Source: a virus (taxonomy: Duplodnaviria; Caudoviricetes). From it: DNA of 28,359 bases. Under the pieces are notes generated by a model. The model was not told the origin of the DNA. It saw only the letters and a list, made by a program, of their open reading frames with translations, and ran no database searches. The stretch covers positions 1 through 28,359 of the IMG/VR virus record IMGVR_UViG_3300037515_000213; one strand, written 5' to 3'. Below are positions 24,178 through 28,359 of the stretch, piece by piece; position 1 is the stretch's first letter, and each line of letters opens with the position of its first letter. The position numbers were made by a program, and so were the translations under genes.

Positions 24178-25755
24178 TTAGTTGTGACAGATGACGGACG
24201 CGTGACCGGCCTCGGCCAGTCTCTGAGTCGGCGGCACATTGTCGGCCTGCACAGACACGGCCACGCTTCCGGCCTGAGCCAGGCGGTTTGTGTCGAAGAA
24301 GACGGTCACCGCATAGGCGGTGACCGTGGCACTGGCGGCCTCAACCACAGGCGCCGGGTCCAGGGTTGTAGCTGCGGCGTGTCCGGCGTACGCGAAGGTG
24401 CCGTGCTGCGGCCCCGCATCGAACGACTGAACCAGCACGTCCGCACAGTCGGCGTACGCCTCCGTCTGTGATGTCGTGAACACCACAACCGAAGCTGACG
24501 CATCGCCAACAGGGAACGACATGGCGGCCGTCGCATCGTAGGTCACAACAGTCGGCGAAACCTCTTCGCCGGGAGCGCCTGCGGCGCCGGTAAGGGCGAT
24601 GGCGCCGTATGCTTCGACGACCGCATCGGCGGCGACATCAGCACAGGACGTCGTCGTGATCATAGGGTTCTCGGCGACCGTGTCGCCGAACACCGTCTGA
24701 CCGAGTGCGCTGACAGTGCCAGCGAACGAAGCGCCGATACGCGGCAACTGCATGAAGATCGAGAAGCTTCTCGTTGCCCGTCGAGTGCCTTCTCGGTACC
24801 CGTCCTGCGTGACGACCGTCCACCGCTCGTCAGAATCGACCAGGACGACGTTCTCCGCGACCCTGGCCGTCTCGCCGACAAAGGTGAGCACAGGCAGCAC
24901 GACGGCATCCAGCAGTCCGCCCGTGCCCTCTTCGGCTGCCACGTCCATCGACGGCAAGATCTGCACGTCGAAAACGCCTTCGGGGTTTCCGTAGAACCCG
25001 CCAATAGACACAGGCCCCAGGGCCGGTATGGTCGCGTCCATCGTGGCCGGTACTCCGACCGTCCCAGAGGCCGACATCGACGGGATCGACGGGATTGTAA
25101 CGCCCAGGAGGGCGGGGTTGTTCGCGGCCCTGATGGCCAGCGTCGAGACGACGTTGTGCGACTCGGTTTGCGAACAAGTGATCGCCAGGCCAGACTTGCT
25201 TCCACCGGCCGAGTAGTCGCTGGTTGCGATGTACAAAGCCTGCGCGTAGCAGACCGAGCCACCCGAGAAGACGCCGACGTCTGTCACCTCCGTCGCCCCG
25301 GAGGCGGTGAAGGTGGGGATCGTGGTGTTGGCGTATCTGACGCTGCGGAAGTAGACCACCCGACCGGACAGGCCGCCCGAGATGGTAGGAGTCGTGTACG
25401 GCTCCGAGTGCGTCAGGCTGGTGCCGACGCTGGGGTTGATGTCGATCGGGTCGCTGGTGTCGATGCCCCGAAAAGCGGACATGCTCACCGCAAGGGGAGC
25501 GTTGGCCGTGACGCTGAAGACATAGTTGGCCGGTTCAGACGCACCGGCGACCTTATAAAAAGCCTGGACCCGGAAGACCTCAATGGATCCGTCCACAATC
25601 TCGACGAACCCTGACGGTGCGGTCGCATTCTGATTGTTCGAAGTAAAGAACGCCAGAAGCAAGTCACCGTTGGCTGTGCCGGCGGGCTTCGTCACCGTTA
25701 CCGAAGATGCGTTGGGATTGGTCGCCGTGCCGCTATTGATAAGCGAGATGGCCAC
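24178..25755 (-). CDS. Modular fibre protein (shared head domain plus two repeat types)
   Basis: GTG 25755 (MAISLINSG); VTKPAGTANGDLLLAFF domain, ~21-aa stalk repeats, then AGHA-type repeats. Confidence 0.75.
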   Translation of the reverse strand: MAISLINSGTATNPNASSVTVTKPAGTANGDLLLAFFTSNNQNATAPSGFVEIVDGSIEVFRVQAFYKVAGASEPANYVFSVTANAPLAVSMSAFRGIDTSDPIDINPSVGTSLTHSEPYTTPTISGGLSGRVVYFRSVRYANTTIPTFTASGATEVTDVGVFSGGSVCYAQALYIATSDYSAGGSKSGLAITCSQTESHNVVSTLAIRAANNPALLGVTIPSIPSMSASGTVGVPATMDATIPALGPVSIGGFYGNPEGVFDVQILPSMDVAAEEGTGGLLDAVVLPVLTFVGETARVAENVVLVDSDERWTVVTQDGYREGTRRATRSFSIFMQLPRIGASFAGTVSALGQTVFGDTVAENPMITTTSCADVAADAVVEAYGAIALTGAAGAPGEEVSPTVVTYDATAAMSFPVGDASASVVVFTTSQTEAYADCADVLVQSFDAGPQHGTFAYAGHAAATTLDPAPVVEAASATVTAYAVTVFFDTNRLAQAGSVAVSVQADNVPPTQRLAEAGHASVICHN

Positions 25756-25781
25756 GCTGTCCCCCAATCAGTCGGCAGCCT

Positions 25782-27119
25782 CTAGCCGTAAACCACGACT
25801 ACGCGATACTGGCTTGTCGTTGGTGCGGACGGGAAGGTCACCGTGACTGTGTCGGTCGAGGTGCGCTCGATCGAGGTCGGCAAGACCTCTTCGTACGGAC
25901 TCGCTGCCTCATAGACGGCCGTAAGGACGTCCCTGGATCCCAGGTTGTGGGTCACGACGAAGGACGTGGCGGAGGCGTCTCCGATGTCTGTTGCATACAC
26001 GATGTTCACCTTCTTCGCCTGAATGTCTGCCGTCAGCAACGGCACAGCAATGTCTGCCGAACCTGTGAATTCGATATCGCCCCAGACGTCTACCGCAAGG
26101 GGCATAACAGCACTTACCGAGCCTTCGGAGCAGCGCGAGCCGTAAAGGATTCGCCAGTCGCCACCTACGTACATCAAGGGCGATATAGTCCTGTACTCCC
26201 GCTCGGGAGTGACCACCCGGATGCCGAACGACCGGGTCTCGGCGACAGCTTCAACCACAAGAAGGCATACCACGTCCAGAGTGCCCTCGGTGTCGACGTA
26301 TGTTTCGACCTCCACCACGGGGAGTATCACCACGTCCATGGGCCCGGACGGGGGTGAGGCGATACCAGACATGTCGACACCGGGAGCTGGCAGTGAAGTC
26401 GACATGGTGGAGACGAACTCCAGCGTCGCGCTGGCCGCCACCGCAAGAAACGGGAGCGTGCAGGCGAGCGAGCCTGTGACGGCCGCACCGTCAGTAGCGT
26501 CCAGGATGCCAATCCATGAGGTGGCGCTCTCCCAGACAGCCCCACGGCTTACGTTGCGGCTCGTACTGCCGGTACCTATCGTCCCGTTGGAGTCCCAGAT
26601 GCCAGCCTCGACGTAGGTGTTCGACTGGCGGCGCAGGTTGCGGACTTCGTTCGAGGCGATGGCGTAACTCGTGCTACCGGAGACGTACGCCCCGGCCACT
26701 ATGCGCCAGTTCGTTGCCGTCGGATTGCTCACCGACGCTGTGTTGAAGCTTGTGGCGCTCCCGACGGACGACACCCCGTCCGCCACGATTCCGACCGCAC
26801 CGCGATACGTGGCGGTGATAGACGCGACATAGCCAGCCGTACCACCGGAGAAGGTGCCACCCCACGTCGCAGGCTCTGACGACCCGGCTGTCCGCCTCAT
26901 AATCTCGATTACACAGTTGGGGCTGCTGTATCGATGCCCCTCGGAAACCCACCCGGACGGAGGCGAGAACGTCCGGTCGCCGCCGCCACCGGTAACCGTA
27001 TCCAAGGCGACGATAGCGATCATGAAATCGCCGGAAGCCGTGCCGGTTGGCTTGTAGATCGTGAATGAACTCGAAGAGCCGCCCGTCCCGGACCCGCTGC
27101 CGACGTAGGAGATGGCCAC
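25782..27119 (-). CDS. Modular fibre protein (shared head domain, stalk, C-terminal THNLG domain)
   Basis: MAISYVGSG...YKPTGTASGDFMIA; stalk homologous to 24178; ends FVVTHNLGSRDV...FPSAPTTSQYRVVVV; GGAGG RBS. Confidence 0.75.
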   Translation of the reverse strand: MAISYVGSGSGTGGSSSSFTIYKPTGTASGDFMIAIVALDTVTGGGGDRTFSPPSGWVSEGHRYSSPNCVIEIMRRTAGSSEPATWGGTFSGGTAGYVASITATYRGAVGIVADGVSSVGSATSFNTASVSNPTATNWRIVAGAYVSGSTSYAIASNEVRNLRRQSNTYVEAGIWDSNGTIGTGSTSRNVSRGAVWESATSWIGILDATDGAAVTGSLACTLPFLAVAASATLEFVSTMSTSLPAPGVDMSGIASPPSGPMDVVILPVVEVETYVDTEGTLDVVCLLVVEAVAETRSFGIRVVTPEREYRTISPLMYVGGDWRILYGSRCSEGSVSAVMPLAVDVWGDIEFTGSADIAVPLLTADIQAKKVNIVYATDIGDASATSFVVTHNLGSRDVLTAVYEAASPYEEVLPTSIERTSTDTVTVTFPSAPTTSQYRVVVVYG

Positions 27120-27145
27120 GGGCTACCTCCAGTCGTCTACCAAGA

Positions 27146-27544
27146 TCAGCTTGTGGGCATCGTGATCGTGCCCGAGGTGATGGTCACGTTGACGCCAGTC
27201 GTGATCGACGTCGTGTTCAAGTTGATCTGCTGGCCTGACGTGCCGATCGCGCCGTCCATAATGGACGAGTTGGCCGAGGTCATCAGCCGGAAGTAGCCCG
27301 CCGTACCCGTGCTCGACGCCGCCACCGTCAGCGGCACACCGGCCAGCGTGATGACCCCAGAGGAGGCAGCGCCGAAGCCGGGGCTGCCCAGAGTGAACGT
27401 GGCAAGCAGCGTCCCTGAGGCCGCCGTGTCAGCCGTCGCGGGCTGCGTGCCCGTCCTAATCTCTATCTTGCCCGCGTTACCGATGGCGGTGTCGACCGCG
27501 TCGGCCAGCGAATTCGCAAGCGACGCAGAGAGGCGTACAGCCAT
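27146..27544 (-). CDS. Small virion structural protein (fibre-subunit-like)
   Basis: 132 aa GKIEIRTGTQPATADTAASGTLLAT...GTAGYFRL...MDG; AAAGGA RBS. Confidence 0.72.
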   Translation of the reverse strand: MAVRLSASLANSLADAVDTAIGNAGKIEIRTGTQPATADTAASGTLLATFTLGSPGFGAASSGVITLAGVPLTVAASSTGTAGYFRLMTSANSSIMDGAIGTSGQQINLNTTSITTGVNVTITSGTITMPTS

Positions 27545-27558
27545 GTTTGTTTCCTTTC

Positions 27559-27834
27559 CTAGCGCTCAGTGACGCGAATCGTGATCGAGCGGTCGTCGGT
27601 ACGCCCGGAGGACGTAGTGATGCGATTCGTGACTTGGTAGACCTGGCCGGAAGTTCCACCGGAAAGCCACACCGTTGACGTCTTTGTTGTATTGCTTTCG
27701 GAGTTTACAGAGATACCAGCCGACACGATGAACGAGGAATCGGAGATGGTCTCACCCTCGTCCAGCCATTCGTTCCAGTCCCACACCCAGTCGAGTACAG
27801 CGTCGGGATCCTTTTTGTGATCGAGTACGGCCAT
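27559..27834 (-). CDS. Small fibre-adaptor-like protein, copy A
   Basis: 91 aa KDPDAVLDWVWDWNEWL...VWLSGGTSG...GRTDDRSITIRVTER. Confidence 0.7.
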   Translation of the reverse strand: MAVLDHKKDPDAVLDWVWDWNEWLDEGETISDSSFIVSAGISVNSESNTTKTSTVWLSGGTSGQVYQVTNRITTSSGRTDDRSITIRVTER

Positions 27835-28118
27835 CAGATATCCCTCTCGTCGCCGACGAACGTTATCAAGTCGACGGGGAATCTCTCCTGACGCATTGCG
27901 AGTTTCCCGAATTCATTCCGGTAAAACTCGCCGTCCTTCCTATCGAAAAGGACTGCCACTACACGCCCATTCAATACGTGCAGCTCGGCCAGGTCGTCGT
28001 AGTCAATGCCCAGGGATTCGCATATCCGCTCAAGCTGTCGACGAACTTTCGGAAGGTTCGACGAGGCTTCCGGGGTGTCTGGAATCTGGGCTTCCACCTG
28101 GTGTCGATTCAGCCTCAC
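27834..28118 (-). CDS. Hypothetical protein (~94 aa)
   Basis: GTG 28118 with GAGGG RBS (MRLNRHQVEAQ...); TGATG coupling to the next gene. Confidence 0.55.
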   Translation of the reverse strand: MRLNRHQVEAQIPDTPEASSNLPKVRRQLERICESLGIDYDDLAELHVLNGRVVAVLFDRKDGEFYRNEFGKLAMRQERFPVDLITFVGDERDI

Positions 28119-28359
28119 GGTAAAGCCCTCCGTTCGAGTTAACCCCTGCAAATCTAGGTGATCTTGAGAGGGGGGTATGCGTCGCCCTGTGGCCGGATTG
28201 TGCCGTCGGGGGCCGCCCAGGGCGCGTATGGAGGGGCGTCCCGCCAAGCGGCCGAATCGCCGCAAGTCTTCCCGTTTCGGGGCCCGCCGACCTGCAATCT
28301 TATTGCGGAACGGCTTGATCGCCGCAGTATTTTTCGACTCGGGGAGAAATACGGTCGGG

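Noticed and set aside
28119-28265. Long N-terminus of the 143-aa ORF
   Set aside because: Arg/Pro-rich, non-coding-like sequence; a better RBS precedes GTG 28118.

Overview
The window is part of a high-GC tailed phage (siphovirus-type; the host is probably an actinobacterium such as Streptomyces, by inference). Nearly all genes are on the minus strand and read right to left. The left ~13.4 kb is a conventional virion module: terminase small and large subunits, a small membrane protein, portal, a fused HK97 protease-major capsid gene, head-tail adaptor, tail terminator, tail tube, a gp10-like protein, tail assembly chaperones with a probable -1 frameshift, and the 5' part of the tape measure gene. 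The unusual part is the ~14.4 kb upstream of the terminase (13470-27834). It is a modular appendage block with two paralogous small adaptor-like proteins, two small subunit-like proteins, three long repeat 'stalk' proteins, four proteins sharing a 'KPxGTxxGDxLxA' domain, a sialidase-fold enzyme with an apparently complete catalytic set, a beta-helix tailspike-like protein, and two tandem decoration-like paralogs. Four free-standing HNH/EndoVII endonucleases are interspersed; two appear to carry near-identical leaderless promoters. All family calls come from motif recognition by eye; no database search was run.
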